A DNA stretch of 64,000 bases from contig OX597816.1 of NCBI GenBank assembly GCA_951406725.2, forward strand, positions 55,118,001 to 55,182,000, in the 5' to 3' direction. A program made the translations under genes and the position numbers. This DNA is from Octopus vulgaris. Taxonomy: Eukaryota. Below the pieces are notes generated by a model that made no database searches, was not told where the DNA came from, and saw nothing but the letters and a program-made list of their open reading frames with translations. Positions 40,754-56,381 of the stretch are shown one piece after another; the stretch's first letter is position 1; every line of letters begins with the position of its first letter.

Positions 40754-41457
40754 TATTTTGTCTGCCCGTCTCTGTCTCTCTCACCTGTTATCCATCCACT
40801 AATCTCCACGGTATTTCCTTAACGATGTTGACCTCTCGTTTGCCACCCCATATCCGTGTTACAGGTAACTCTGAGAGACCTTATAGCAGAAACGTCCAAC
40901 CTTATACATATATCGCATATGTGTGTTAAGAAGTCCTAATATTACACACCAGGTGATAAGTTTCGCTGTTGAAGACTAACAGAGCCGAGACATGCAGAAT
41001 CTTGTCTCAAACCTGTTGAAATCACAAACACCTCAGCTCACCTTGCTGTTAGCTGAGCTACTAACATGACAAGAGAGTGGTAGTATCAAGCTGCTTTATT
41101 CGTCACTCACTTCATGAAGATAGAAGTATTCATATATGTCAACAAACCTATACAATAGCATCGCGCACAGACACTTCCATATATCCGCGCACACATGTAA
41201 TCAGACATCTTGCACACGCACAAACACCGACACAAATATGGCTTTTGTCCCGGCCACAACAAACACTAATTAAGAATAAAACGGTCCAATGCAGATCGTG
41301 AAGTGAAAGAATATAAACGGCCCAGTTCCGATGTCAACAACAGACGACTAACATCATATTTTCAATATATCTTTATCTTCTACTCGTCTCACTCATTTGA
41401 TTGCGGCCATGCTGTGGTTCTGCCTTGAAGAATTTTAGTCGAACGCATTGAGCTCAG

Positions 41458-42240
<783 letters not shown>

Positions 42241-42794
42241 GAGTGAGAGAGCAGTTCATGCCATCAAAGTGACACTGGGGTAAAATATACGAAGCTCAAT
42301 ATACCCATCATGACTACCCGTCTGATAAGGGTACACCAGGCACATGCATCACAAACATATGTGCGCGACATGGTGATCTCATATCAAGATAAACAGCACA
42401 TGACCTTGCAGGTGGGGCCCAGTTAGAAATTTCTTCAGGTTGAGTAGCCCATCCCGCCCGAAAAGTCCCTGAATAAGGGTTGTTTAAGGATGTTGAAAGA
42501 ACCACCCATGTTTCCAGAGGTGAATTATTCAAACCCCAAAGAATCCCTCTCAACACATGGCTATGATGCTCCTACACTACTTCTGCTCGTGATCAGAGAT
42601 GCACATATCGTCAGCCACTAAGGGACATGCTCAACTAGTTAAGGTCAAAGAACTGACGAGCAAATCTGTGGTATTGAGCAGAATATTTGCTGTAGCCCAT
42701 CTTTTATACCAAGACAAAACAATGTACATGATAATACTTCCAATCAGTTAAGATTAGTAGCCACGAGAGCCACTGCCTGGCACTGCATCAGGGC
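42241..42794 (-). mobile_element. ~555-bp unit, copy 2
   Basis: As above; abuts a 5'-clipped SINE A. Confidence 0.8.
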
Positions 42795-42795
42795 C

Positions 42796-43015
42796 TTGCA
42801 GAATCGTTAGCACGCCGGGCGAAATGCGTAGCCGTATTTCGTCTGCCGTTACGTTCTGGGTTCAAATTCTGCCGAGGTCGACTTTGCCTGTTATCCTTTC
42901 GGGGTCGATAAATTAAGTACCAGTCACGCAGTGGGGTCGATGTAATCGACTTAATCCGTTTGACTTTCCTTGGTTGTCCTCTCTGTGTTTAGCCCCTTGT
43001 GGGTAGTAAAGAAAT
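42796..43015 (+). mobile_element. SINE family A, slightly 5'-clipped
   Basis: Homology to the family. Confidence 0.85.
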
Positions 43016-43016
43016 A

Positions 43017-43094
<78 letters not shown>

Positions 43095-43105
43095 CATCAT
43101 CATCA

Positions 43106-43167
<62 letters not shown>

Positions 43168-43168
<1 letters not shown>

Positions 43169-45133
43169 TATGTTTGACTTTTGCTTTATATTTGTACAAG
43201 TTGACTCCAAGTCTCACCCAGAGACCTCAAGAGACAACAGGGTTGGAAGTTCATGTTGTTGTTATGCCTAGTGTGCCATATATTTGGGGGGTGGGGGTGT
43301 TGTACTAATGAATGTCTAAAAAAATTTTTTTTTTTTTTTTTTTTTTAAAACCGAAAATTATGTTTGTTTTAAACCTTGAGATTACATAGAAAGTATTTTG
43401 CGTAGGATATGAGCAGTTCCCATGAGCACTATCTTTTGAATTTCTGCCATTTTTGGGTTTCCTGGTATCTGAGTTAGGTAGCTATCTGCCCCTTTTGCTA
43501 TCATTCCCAGGGCACCTATGACAACAGGTATTGTTTTAGTCTTCAGCTTCTACATTTTGCTGATTTCTATTTCAAGATCTTTATATTTGCTCAGTTTTTG
43601 GTAGGTCTTGACAGATACGTTTATATCGATTGGGACAGTCATATCAATGAGGAGGCATGTTCTTTGTTTGAAGTCTTTCAATATGATGTCTGGCCTATTT
43701 GCATCTATCTTTCTGTCAGTTTGAATGGCGAAGTTCCAGAGGAGTGAGATGTGGTCATTTTCAAGCACTGGGGGTGGTTTGTGTTCCCACCAGTTTTTTT
43801 CATGGGGCAAATCCAGGTTTTTACAGATTACCCAGTGAATATATTGTGCAGCTCTATCGTGCCTGTTGAGATACTCTGTAGGCGCTAGAAGACTGCACTT
43901 GGAGACCACATGGTCAATGGTTTCATTTTGTTGCTTGCATACACGACACGTTGGACTGCTTCTGATCTTTAATATGTTGGCCTGGTAGTTTCTTGTTGGT
44001 AGGCATTGATCTTGAGCTGCTATGATAAACCCCTCTGTTTCAGATTTTAAGCCAGAGGCCATTAGCCATTGATGGGTCAGGGCTTTGTCAATATCTGCAT
44101 TATTTGCTCTCTTTGGGTATTTGCCATAGAGAGGTTTTTCTTTCCATTTATCATTCAGAATATCTAAGGCCGCAGATTTAGCACGGGTTTTCATGCGCTT
44201 AGCTTTTTCTGTGCCTGTTTCTTGTATGTCTATCTCTAATTCCGAAATTTGTTGTATTCGGAATTCACTTAGATATTCCTTTGCCTGTTTTGTTACTGAG
44301 TATGATGCTTTCTTGTTTTCATGTTTTGAGACAAGTTTTAACATCCAGTCCTCAGAGTTTTTCAGGTAGGTGTCTAGTCCAATTGTAGCAATCTTCATTG
44401 TTATCGCCAGTTGTAAAATTCCACAGTCTCCCTCTTTTCTTGGCAAATAAAGTCGTTCTGTATCTGCCTTAGGGTGGTGCATTCTATGCATTGTCAACAG
44501 TTTTCGTATTTTTCTGTCAAGATTACATATTTCAGTAATTGATCAGTTAACGATACTGAAACTGTAAGTCACGACTGGTATGGCTAATGCATTGATCGCT
44601 TCGATCCTGTTTCTCGCATTCAGCTCTGTCTTGAGTATTGCTCTTACTCTGCGATAGCATTCTCTCCTGATCCTTTCCTTCATCTCTGAATGCCTTATTC
44701 CTTCTCCTTCAATTACCCCTAGATACTTGTAGTTCTCTGCTGGGTCTAATTCTTTTATGACATTCTGCTGGTCATGGTTAACGTTAGATGTTTCTGTCAT
44801 TTTTCCTTTGATAAAGGTAGCTTTTGCGCATTTATCGAGGCCAAATTGCATTCTGATGTCATCACTGAATTGTTTGACAATCGCTAGTAAGCCCTTGAGT
44901 TGTTGGTCATTTTTTGCAAAGAGCTTTAAATCATCCATGTAAATGAGATGATTTATATTTTTATCAAACATTTTATATCCGTACTGCGCATCATTGAGCA
45001 GTTTTGAGAGAGGTATTAAGGCTAAACAGAAGAGGAGCGGTGATAGTGAGTCACCCTGGAAAATGCCACATGAAATTTTTACATCACCAGCATTTAGAGA
45101 TTCATTGTCACTGTTCAAAGTTAGTGTGGTTCT
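43168..45133 (-). mobile_element. 5'-truncated R4/Dong-clade non-LTR retrotransposon (RT + CCHC + restriction-like endonuclease) inserted in (TAA)n
   Basis: One frame from ~45133 to stop at 43382 with two in-frame stops (44543, 43550); GIFQGDSLSPLLF, YMDDLKL, CRVC..ETIDHVVSKC, RHD, RPDI..LIDMTVP, KLSKYKDL; 3' end runs directly into (TAA)n. Confidence 0.9.
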
Positions 45134-45287
45134 AACTAGTTAAGGTCAAAGAACTGACAAGCAAATCTGTGGTATTGAGCAGAATATTTGCTGTAGCCCA
45201 TCTTTTATACCAAGACAAAACAACGTACATGATAACACTTCCAATCAGTTAAGATCAGAAGCCATGTACTGGTACTGCATCAGGGCA

Positions 45288-45350
<63 letters not shown>

Positions 45351-45896
45351 GAGTGAGAGAGCAGTTCATGCCATCAAAGTGACACTGGGGTAAAATATAC
45401 GAAGCTCAATATACCCATCATGACTATCCGTCTGATAAGGGTACACCAGGCACATGCATCACAACCATATGTGCGCGACATGGTGATCTCATATCAAGAT
45501 AAACAGCACATGACCTTGCAGGTGGGGCCCAGTTAGAAATTTCTTCAGGTTGAGTAGCCCATCCTGCTCAAAAGGTCCCTGAATAAGGGTTGTTTAAGCA
45601 TGTTGAAAGAACCACCCATGTTTCCAGAGGTGAATTATTCAAACCCCAAAGAATCCCTCTCAACACATGGCTATGATGCTCCCCCACTACTTCTGCTCGT
45701 GATCAGAGATGCACATATCGTCAGCCACTAAGGGACATGCTCAACTAGTTAAGGTCAAAGAACTGACAAGCAAATCTGTGGTATTGAGCAGAATATTTGC
45801 TGTAGCCCATCTTTTATACCAAGACAAAACAACGTACATGATAACACTTCCAATCAGTTAAGATCAGAAGCCATGTACTGGTACTGCATCAGGGCA
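45134..45896 (-). mobile_element. Partial (45134-45287) and full (45351-45896) copies of the ~555-bp unit
   Basis: Partial copy is fused to the LINE truncation point; both share a small deletion (gccatgtactggtactgc) absent from copies 1-2. Confidence 0.82.
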
Positions 45897-45921
45897 ATTA
45901 TTATTATTATTATTATTATTG

Positions 45922-45964
<43 letters not shown>

Positions 45965-46305
45965 AGCCTGGTACTTATACATTTTATTCTCTTTTTTGCC
46001 AAACAACCAATTTTACGAGGAAGCAAACACAACATCAACTGTTATGCGGGGGTGGGTGGGTGGATAAACACAAACACAAAGTCGCACACACGCACACGCA
46101 CATACACACACACACACACACACACCCTGCATACCCACATTTGTGCGTGTGTGTGTATGACGGGGTTCTTTCAATTTCCGACTTCCACACTCTGAAGGCT
46201 GTGGTCGGCCGATTATTTAGTAGAGAGTTGCCAAGATTCTACGCCGTGGGACTGAACACGAAACCATATACCTGGGAAGCAAAATCCTCACTACACGGCC
46301 ACGCA

Positions 46306-46365
<60 letters not shown>

Positions 46366-46744
46366 ATAACAATTTAATAAATAAAACATATGCATACATA
46401 AATACATATATGTACATACCTACATCTATATGTATATATATATGCATATATGAGTACAGGACACCACAAATAAACGTAGAAAACAACGAGAAACCAGAAC
46501 ATAAAATCAAACAAGGCAACGAACTTTTTTTAACAACGAATAAATAGAGTACAAGACAAACAATACAAGGAATATTCCCCTTCATCAGCTGCCCCTGTTT
46601 CGATTCAATGCGTGTTTTGAAGGTAAGGGCAGAACATGATCCGGCCGAAGCAGTCCTTCCTGCAAAATGAATTAAATAAAATTCTTTTGCAGAGGGGTAA
46701 AAAAAGTGACAAGAACAGGACGTGAAAGCAATACAAATGAAGAA

Positions 46745-46764
46745 AAATAAAGAATAAAAACAGG

Positions 46765-46838
<74 letters not shown>

Positions 46839-46858
46839 CCTGTTTTTATTCTTTATTT
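46745..46858. repeat. Palindrome centred on an (AT)n tract
   Basis: aaataaagaataaaaacaggacacac..(AT)n..gtgtgtcctgtttttattctttattt. Confidence 0.9.
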
Positions 46859-47743
46859 GTACTTTTTATATATATATATATATACTTTTTCCTCTATAAG
46901 TAGACTATTTTGTAACACCTGGCTATATGCATGAGTCTGATATAGAGACCGTATTTATTGTACAATGTAAAATAGGACATTTAGGCTGAAGAGAGCTTTT
47001 AACTTTGCTTTAAGAAAATCCTGGGGTCCCACCCTGATTCCCATGCTAGTTCTCACTCAGGTCTCCCCCACCCCCCGGTACTTCTAGAAATTGATACTTT
47101 TATACTTTTAGGTGGAGATAAGCAATAAGAGTTATAATGCGTCGAGATAGTTTTTTCCTCCCAATAATTCTGCTGCTAGCGTTGAGATAAGGGGAAGAGA
47201 CGTGTGCAGAGTGATGGAAGCAGGCGTTCGGGTCTGTCTACTTGTGTCTGTAGGTATGCGTCCATTGAAGCCTGTGTAACCACGTGTGCCATTGAGTGTG
47301 TGTATCTGTGCGTGTGTGCGTGTATGTGTAGCTCTGATGTGTATCAGCGTGAGCATTGTACGATTATGAATGGATGTGTTGTCGATGCATATCAGTGTAT
47401 ATGTATATAGAGGAGTGTATGAAAGCGTGTTGCCTGACTATGTGGTTCTACGAGCGAGAAATACTGGCGCAGCAGAAGTCTAGTGACGTTAAGTGTAGGT
47501 ATATTCATACAGAGATTCCGTTGAGAGAACTGTGTGGGAGATGGAGGTGCGAGCCTCTGTGTGTAAGAGATACAAGGTCCAGAGAACAAAGTTTGCCATG
47601 AGAGGAAATGGTAAATAGAACGACTGGAGATTGTATTGTGTTACAAGTGATTTATATGTTTCTCTGTATCCGAGAGAAAACTGAGTCCAGGCCACAGGTT
47701 ATCAGTATTGGGATGGTAAAATAGCATCACGCAATATCTTTAT

Positions 47744-47808
<65 letters not shown>

Positions 47809-48214
47809 TGTATGTGTGTGGATGTGTAAAATAAATTAGAACAGGAGAGATTGCTTATAAGGTATTTAATTACACCTTCTTAAAGTACGTTTCGTTAAAA
47901 CAAGTTAATGCATAGTTACGCAATGCAAATCATGTAATGATGTCTCATTCACAGACCGTCAGAGAGATGATTCCTTTGTAACATCATTGGATTTTAGTAA
48001 TGTAGAAAAAGTAACACAGCGTCGATATGGAGGACGTATAACATTATTCAGTTTTTATTTCAAGATTTCCTGCCAATTGAGTAAGAGCCAGTTTCTAAGG
48101 CTCCTTCATTGGAATTTCAAGAACATCAACAGGGTAGATTTGTTTGTATGTATGTATGTATGTATGTATGTATGTATGTATGTATGTATGTATGTATGTA
48201 TGTATGTATGTATG

Positions 48215-48248
<34 letters not shown>

Positions 48249-51162
48249 TGTATGTATGTATGTATGTATGTATGTGTGTGTGTATATATGTATATGTGCA
48301 GATGTGTATGTTTTCTGTATGTCTTCTCATGCATATAGTTACATATCCAGACATGCTCATATATATATATAAATGATAAATTTCTGGTAAGTCTTACAGA
48401 TTTTTACAGCTTCAGTGATAGATTGGATCTGTAGTCTTCGCATTAGCTGTCTCCTTTCTGGTTTTGAGGAGCATAATTTCTCAAGATTGGTATTTAGGCA
48501 GTGTGCTGCATATCCCATGTGTATGTATGCATGTATGTATGTATGTATGTATGTATGTATGTATGTATGTATGTATGTATTTATGTATGTATAGATTTGT
48601 ATGTTTTATGTATGTATTCTCATGCATATAGTTGCATATGTAGACAGGTGCATAGGGGAAGGGGTTGCACATATACACGCGCATGCATGTGTGGTAATCC
48701 ATCGTCAGAAATGAGTTGCAGTATTTGGCCGATCTCTCTACGACCTGAGGTAAAATTCTGGCGCCAGAGACAGCTTTTCTTTGAGTCATTCCATGCTGAT
48801 AACATTAAGAACCAATTATGTACCGAAAACCATCCTCTCTTCTTTTAACCTTGGATATTTCACCGGAGAAAGGTGAGATTTTCGAGATTGTACCAGTGTC
48901 TGGTCCTGCTGATACCGATATCAAGTAATACTTGACAGTTTCTTTCAATGTTTTACTTTCATTCTTAAGACTGCGGCTGTGCAGGGGCACCATCTTGAAG
49001 GATAATTATCAATTATATCGATCTTAGTATCGTTTGTAAATAGTCAAGAGTGTAATTGAATGTCATCGGAATGTGTGTGTATTCGTATGGAAGCATAGTA
49101 TTGTGTGAGTTTTTATTTGGATGAAAAGTTATTCTGACTTTGGTGGAAAGGGAATTTGCTGTAACAGTGCATGACTTGTCACGTTAATATTGTTGTTTCT
49201 GTTAAGGCAGCGAGCTGGCACAATCATTTGTAGGCCAAGCAAAATGCTTGCTGGTATTTCGTCCATCTTTGCGTTCTGAGTTCAAATTTCACTGAGGTTG
49301 ATCTTACCTTTCTTCCTCTCGGAGCAGATAAAATAAGTACCAGTTATCGACCTATCCCTTCCCCAGAAATCGTTGACTTGGAGCCAAGATTTGAAATCAA
49401 TATTACTGTTTGTTGATGATTGATTTAATAAGAGAAGGAAATACATGGACTGTGTTTTCCTTCTTTAAGGGTCGACATGATTAGGAGGGAAAAAAGTACA
49501 AGAACTCGGCCCTCTTCCTTGAATGGTCGCCATGAATTGTGTCCGCTTTCTTAACGTACAAGTTTATGCTCTTCTCCTTGGAGATCTCAATGATAATTAA
49601 AAAATGCAAGTATAAATATCTCTGTCCTCTTCTTAAGAGAATTGCAAAAATTTTGTCTCCTTCGTTGACGGGAAGTCATGATTAGTCGAACGAAGGGTGG
49701 CAGTTAATTTCATGATCGAATCATGCATTGTAACAGTGTGCATTCGGCTAATGAATTTAAACAGTGCGCATTCGGTTAATGAATTGTAACTGTGTGCATT
49801 CGGCTTATGATACCCAAGAGAGACCAGGCGGTGGTGTTCAAGATTTAAGTCTACCATCTGTCATCCAGCATGAATCGTCCCTCTGATAGACAGTTTACGT
49901 TGCTCAGCTACATATCACCTGTGATTAAGTACAGAGGCTCTCCATACACCACCGTAAGATTTTGTAGGGATACACAATCAAATGGGTCCTTCATTTTTGC
50001 CAAGAATGTAGAGAAGTTTGACTATTACTTCTAGCAGTGTGAGCAACAATGTAATGTTGCCAGGACTGCTCGTTAAATATAATGTTTTTACCATAAACTT
50101 CAGATTTCACACTTGCTAATTTGATTTCAATTTCTTTATAACTTAATAAATTCTCAGAAAATGATAGCCATCAGTGACATTGTTGACTAACAAGAAGACC
50201 ATACAGAAACTCTTCATCTAATTACATTGAAATGGCAATTTGGTTCTGTATTGCGTAAGTGCTGTAGCTTTAGATATGAGTGGTTGGCAAGCAGGAACGG
50301 AAATGAAGATGATGGATATGAATTCCCGGCTGAAGCCGTATCTTTTTACTTGGAGCATTAATCCCCTCAATGCAGACATGAGCACCACAACCCTTCTTCT
50401 CTTTAAATTACGAAGCTGTTATTCTTGACCAAACATAATTATTATACAGGGCAGCTTCTTAAAGCAAGAGCTTTATTGCTGGGGCATCAAATACATGAGA
50501 TAATTTTAGTCTAAAGTTTGAAAGTAGTTGTCACGCATGCTGATAAGTATTTCCCCTCTTTTAAATTCAGTTGTGCTAAATACCTATTGATGGCTGCCGC
50601 TACGAAGTCGTTTCACCTTCATCCAACATTAACCAGTATGTAAGACATAGATATAAAATATATTTGAATCAATGAACCACTTTTGGACTGGTGCATATTT
50701 GACCGATTGTGAGGAATCAAATCAGTGCAATTTGTCTGGTTGGATCTCTCAGATAGAAAATGAATACTATTCCACCGCTCTGGCATGTTAGCACGTGTTT
50801 GAGTGTATAGACTAACGTTGGATTATGTTGGAAGAATGACATAGGAATACTAAGCACATGTAACAATATGTTTATTTTTTATTGAAACTTATTGGCTGTC
50901 TTGCAATTCAAGTTGTGAACCAGTGAAACCGTCCCTCCGGAAGATCGCAGTGGCGTGAAACTGAGTTCACAGTACAAGCATTTATATAAGTGCGTGTGTG
51001 CATATATATATATATATACGAGTAATTTAGCGACAGACTGACATCCCGTCCATTCATCGTCTGAAAAGCCTTTACTCTTTGCTTTCTCTCGTTTTGCATG
51101 TCTTCACACACACACACGCACACACACACACGCACACACATACACATACATACATACATACA

Positions 51163-51250
<88 letters not shown>

Positions 51251-51859
51251 TATATATATACTGTATTCCGTACCCAAGTCGTTTCGTTATATTTAATATA
51301 TTTGATTTGTTTATCCTCAGAATTTCCTACACGCACACACACACACACACACACGCACACCCACACCGAACACACACACACACACACTCACACAAATATA
51401 CGTACATACATACATTAGGTTGACAGTTCTTTGTTTAGCTTCTTAAACGTTGGTATACAGTGAGGGCGGAGTAAGTCTGACTGGATTTGTTATTTCTTAC
51501 TAATGATTATGGGATTGAATTTCTACAGACATTACTTTCAAATCTGTGGCACCGACAAAATGAAACGAAACCCATAAAGGTTTTATAAAGAGTAAAGTAG
51601 AGAAACGGCAAATGATGCGAAAATGAAACACGATGTTGAAGTAAGTTTTGAAGTGAAATGATAACTATGGAGTGATTAGAGAATAACATGTCTATCAAAG
51701 AATAAGATGTCGTCTTGGATTTCAAAGAAATAAATTGTTTATATGAAGATATATCATTGTATAAGTCTATCGTTCGAGAAATATTACATACTAACTGAAC
51801 CTGTGAATATTTCACGGAATTAATGGTAAAACTATTGGGTTATTTCTGAAGTTAGAATA

Positions 51860-52272
51860 TTTAGATCACTGATTGAGCCGATCCTTCACAATGGATCACA
51901 GACCTGGACCTTATCGGCTCTCTTAGAAAAACAGCGCGATGGAACATATACCAACCTGCTCAGGACGATACAGAGCATCAGTTGGAGATCACACCCAACA
52001 CTTAGTAACATATACAGAAATCTGATACCAAAGAAACGGCTACAATTTTCTGGCCTCTGTCATCAAGCAGAGAAAGAGGTTATCTTATTCCTGTTCCTAT
52101 GGCATCCCTCTGGAAGTGTTTTCTCCAGGAAACTCACATTTCCAGATACTATATCTCGGGACTCAAGGCTGGATATTAGAGATCTGAACAGAGCCAATGC
52201 AGGACCATGTAGTGTGAGAAGGAATTGTCAGTGGAGTTCCGACCAACCATAGGTTGGGAGAATGATGATGAT
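51860..52272 (+). pseudogene. RTE-type LINE 3' relic
   Basis: Translates to DGTYTNLLRTIQSISWRSHPT..IY, LQFSGLC, FPDTISRDS; ends in (tga)n tail. Confidence 0.65.
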
Positions 52273-53933
52273 TTCTGAAATCTTTATCCAAAAAGCCTGA
52301 AAGCGTCGCCTGTGTTGTGCCTGTCTGGAAAGATAGTCGCTCATCTATTCATTGAAAAGTGAAAGAAATTGGTATCAGATGATTACTTAATGCACTTTAT
52401 ATATACACTTTATATACTTTATGCACAATTTCATAGACTCAATACACAACACTCATAAAATATATATTCACTTTCTTTTTTCCATTTTTCTTATAAAGAA
52501 AGAAAATCCCGTACATATGATACAAACTTCAGTTAAAAGTCATGGAATTGCACTTATATGAATGCGTTAAGTGATGGGTGATATAAAAAAACTTAGTTCA
52601 ATTTAAAAAATGCACTTTTCACTATCCAGTCGCAACAACCACCACCTCCATCTACACCACCACTACCACCGCAAATACCACCCCACCACCAACATCACCA
52701 CCACCACCACCACCACCATCACCATCATCATCATTTCACTCTCCCTCTTTTTTCTCCCCCCTCGCTCTCTGTCTTTCTTTAACCTCACCATCAGAACATC
52801 ACCCCTCTACTAAAATTATTTTTTTACTCTCCTCCCCTACCTTCGACTATCTTAATATTACGTTCCCCCTACGTTCTCGCCATGGACGCTTCTCTCTCCC
52901 TCTTTTTCTCTCTCTTTCTGTCTCACTCTTCGCACTATCTTTTTCTTTCTCCTTTTTCTTTCTCCTATCTTTTCTTTCAACTATTCACGTGAGAGCGTTA
53001 CAATTACATTCCCTCTACTTCACGTCAGGGATGCTTCTATCTCTCTCTTTTCTCCCTCTTTTCCTCCATCATAAGAAAGCGTTACCCGACGGGCTAAGTA
53101 ACGCAATGACAAGCAGAATTATTATAAGATTTATTTGTATAACAATATCTATCAATACCGTTCCACAAATGGTCCCCCAAGACCTATTACACCTTTCATT
53201 TATAACATTTTCTACATGTTCAACATAATAAAGAAAAGATTTCTATACCGTAGGGAGCTATACGGAGATTTTCGACACGAATTAATTGGTGCTTTTACGA
53301 AAAATGTGACGCAAATGACTCCAAAGACACGGTCATCAGAGATACTCCAGTTCTATTACAAAGCAATGGCTATAAAAATGACTGGTTAAACTTTCAACAG
53401 AAACATCAATTGACACTCAACTTCAGCCGTTTTGTTTATAATTCCTTTGCGACCAATCATTCTTTTATTTTAGATTCTCAGCATCCAAATCCGCTGAGAG
53501 AGAAAAACTCGTCCAGTTGTTAAGCGGATTATTATTATGTGACTCTTGTAGCCTCGTGGGATGTCCTTGGAAGAAAAAACGAAAAGTCTTTCGATATTTC
53601 TCTCGTGATAAATGGAAAGGGATTGCTTTTTTTCTTCTTTATTGTTACAATTGTGTTGTCTTGTGTTAATCATTGACAACGAACAGCACCAACAATTACA
53701 CACACACTAACATGCACACACATGCACACACGCACGCTCAAAGACTGACACACATACATACACACACAGAACACAACACACATGCAGACCATTTAGACCA
53801 TAATTACATTTTTCGCAAGGAATCGATAGAAACAAACGGTGGGACATTCAACACACACACACACACACAAACACAAACAAACGCACACATACATACATAC
53901 ATACATACATACATACATACATACATACATACA

Positions 53934-53969
<36 letters not shown>

Positions 53970-54955
53970 TATACACACACATACATACATAACACAAACA
54001 CATATTAGTTGCATCGCGAAAGCAACCCATTTTGGTAATCTAACCAAAGGCAAAAATAGTTGTCACATTCATTTATATTTTATTTCATGAATTGTCAACA
54101 TTTTCATCGCACATCTGTGTCTTAGCACCTGCCATAATTAATCCACTGCAAATGTTTAGCATTTATAATAGTGATTTAGTAATTAATAGTGCTACAATAA
54201 TTACCAATTAACGCTAGCTTAAATGAACGGGCGTGATTGGTTAGAAAAGATAATATTGTCATAGATACACCATAAATAAGATGAGGAATCGGTCCCGATT
54301 GGCAGGATTTTCATCATTGGTGTGCTCACTCAGAGGTGATCTGTGACTACAAAATCACAACACGTTTTTCTAGGGAGGGGAACATGCATAAAATATGATT
54401 TTTGTCATCAAAACCTATAATTTTGCTTGTTGAACCCGAATCTTAACAACTGAGATGCTTTGAGATGTTTTGAAAAGATCAGAAATGATTTTACATTTTG
54501 AAGTGATCATATAGAAGCCAATAATTTTTATCTGCTTCAGAAAAAGATTTAATAAATTTGAATAAAACTGTGTTTTTCGTGGCGACAACAAGAAATTTAA
54601 GGCTTCAAGGAAGCTACTTCGAAAAAATCTGAGGTGCTTACTAAACGTGATGAATAAGGTAAGGTTTCGAACTAAGGAAACTGATGGAAGGGGATGAAAT
54701 GACAAAAGTTAATCCATGAAAGTCGACGGCTTAAAAGTGAATACTCACGTAGAATGGAAAATATAACGCTTCGGGCGAAAGTCCCTCTTCAGAGTGAATA
54801 AACGCACGCAGAATATTTACAAGCATGAACTCATGTATACATGCATAGACAGATAAATAGACAGACAGACAAATAAGTAGATAGATAGATAGATAGAGAG
54901 AGAGAGAAAGTAAGAGAGACAGACAGATAGATAGATAGATGAATAGATAGATAGT

Positions 54956-55013
<58 letters not shown>

Positions 55014-56281
55014 TTGGGTTGTCCGGAAAGTTCGTGCCGATTTATAGTAGCTTACTTTTCAACGTATTTTAGAACATGTTGAGTCCGTAAAATAGGATTT
55101 GACTACACCTCCATTTAGAGCACAGTTTAAGCTATATTTGCGTGGAAGAAGGTTTATGTTCCTATAAACTGTGTTAATTCTGTAACCCTTTAAAATGGAA
55201 CATAAGAAAGTTCCTTTTCGGTACTTGATGCTTTTCTTTTTCAGTAAAAGGAAAAAATGCCACACAAGCAACCAAAGAAATAAGCGAAGTTTAAGGTGAT
55301 GTTTCTTTATCTGAAAGAACTGTGCGGAAGTGGTTCGCAAGGTTCCGAGCTGGAGATTGTAGCCTTATTGATAAAGAGCGATCAAGTGGACCACCCACTA
55401 TACATGATAATCAAGTCATTAATTAAGAATAATCTACATTGCACAACCTATCAAAATTCGTCGTTCACGAGCACCTGGTAAAGCTTGGGTACACAAATCA
55501 CTACGATGTTTGGATACCACATGAGTTGAGTGAGAAGAACCTTTTGTATCGCATTTCCATCTGTGATTCGTTTTATAGACGAAATACAAAACGCGCCTTT
55601 TTTAAAGCAAATTGTGACAGGTGATGGGAAATGGATTATCTACTGAAATGTTCAGAGAAAGCGATCCTGGAGTAAGCAACATGACCCACCCTTAGCCATT
55701 CCAAAAGCGAGTCTTCTCCCTAAGAAAGTCTTGCTTTGTGTCTGGTGGGATTGGAAAGGATTTCTGTACTTCGAGCTTCTCCCAAGTAACAATTATGAGA
55801 AATACTGCACACAACTGGACGATTTAAAAGCAGCAATTCAAGAGATATGTCCAGAATTGGCCAACAGGAAGGGTGATGTTTTCCAACATGATAATGCAAG
55901 ACTGCACGTTTCTTTGGGGACCAGACAAAAATCGCTGCAGCTCGGCTGGGATGTGTTACCCCACCTTCCATATTCACCAGATATTGCTCCTTCTGATTTC
56001 CACTTATTCATGTCTCTGCAAAATTGTCTTAATGGTAAAAATTTCAATTCCTTGGATGACATAAAAATATACCTTGATGAATTCTTTGCCATGAAACCGC
56101 CTCAATTCTGGGAATAGGTTAAAGGAAAGATGGAGACGCATTAGAGAATAGTTAAAGGAAATATGGAGACGCATTGTGCAACAAAATGGTTCATATTTGG
56201 TTGATTAAGAATGTAATGGCAAGTATTTATTGCTCTTTTTCTTTCCTTTAAAAATCAGCACGAACTTCCCGGACAACCCAA
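55014..56281 (+). mobile_element. Full-length but inactivated mariner (DD34D) transposon, 1268 bp
   Basis: TIRs ttgggttgtccggaaagttcgtgccgattt / aaatcagcacgaacttcccggacaacccaa; TA TSD; ATG at 55195; WIPHEL, TGDGKW, FQHDNAR, PYSPDIAPSDFHLF; frameshifts and stops. Confidence 0.93.
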
Positions 56282-56324
56282 TAGAAACACAGAAAAAAAT
56301 GAGTGAGAAAGGGGACAGAGAGAA

Positions 56325-56381
<57 letters not shown>

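Noticed and set aside
38756-40802. ORFs of 91-165 aa in the foldback arms
   Set aside because: Mirror-image translations of TIR subrepeats; no transposase motifs
46575-46625. CTGATGA on the minus strand as a hammerhead core
   Set aside because: No properly placed GAAA or stem III downstream
55731-56117. SETMAR-like host gene
   Set aside because: No SET domain; lies inside TIRs with TA TSD and has frameshifts and stops
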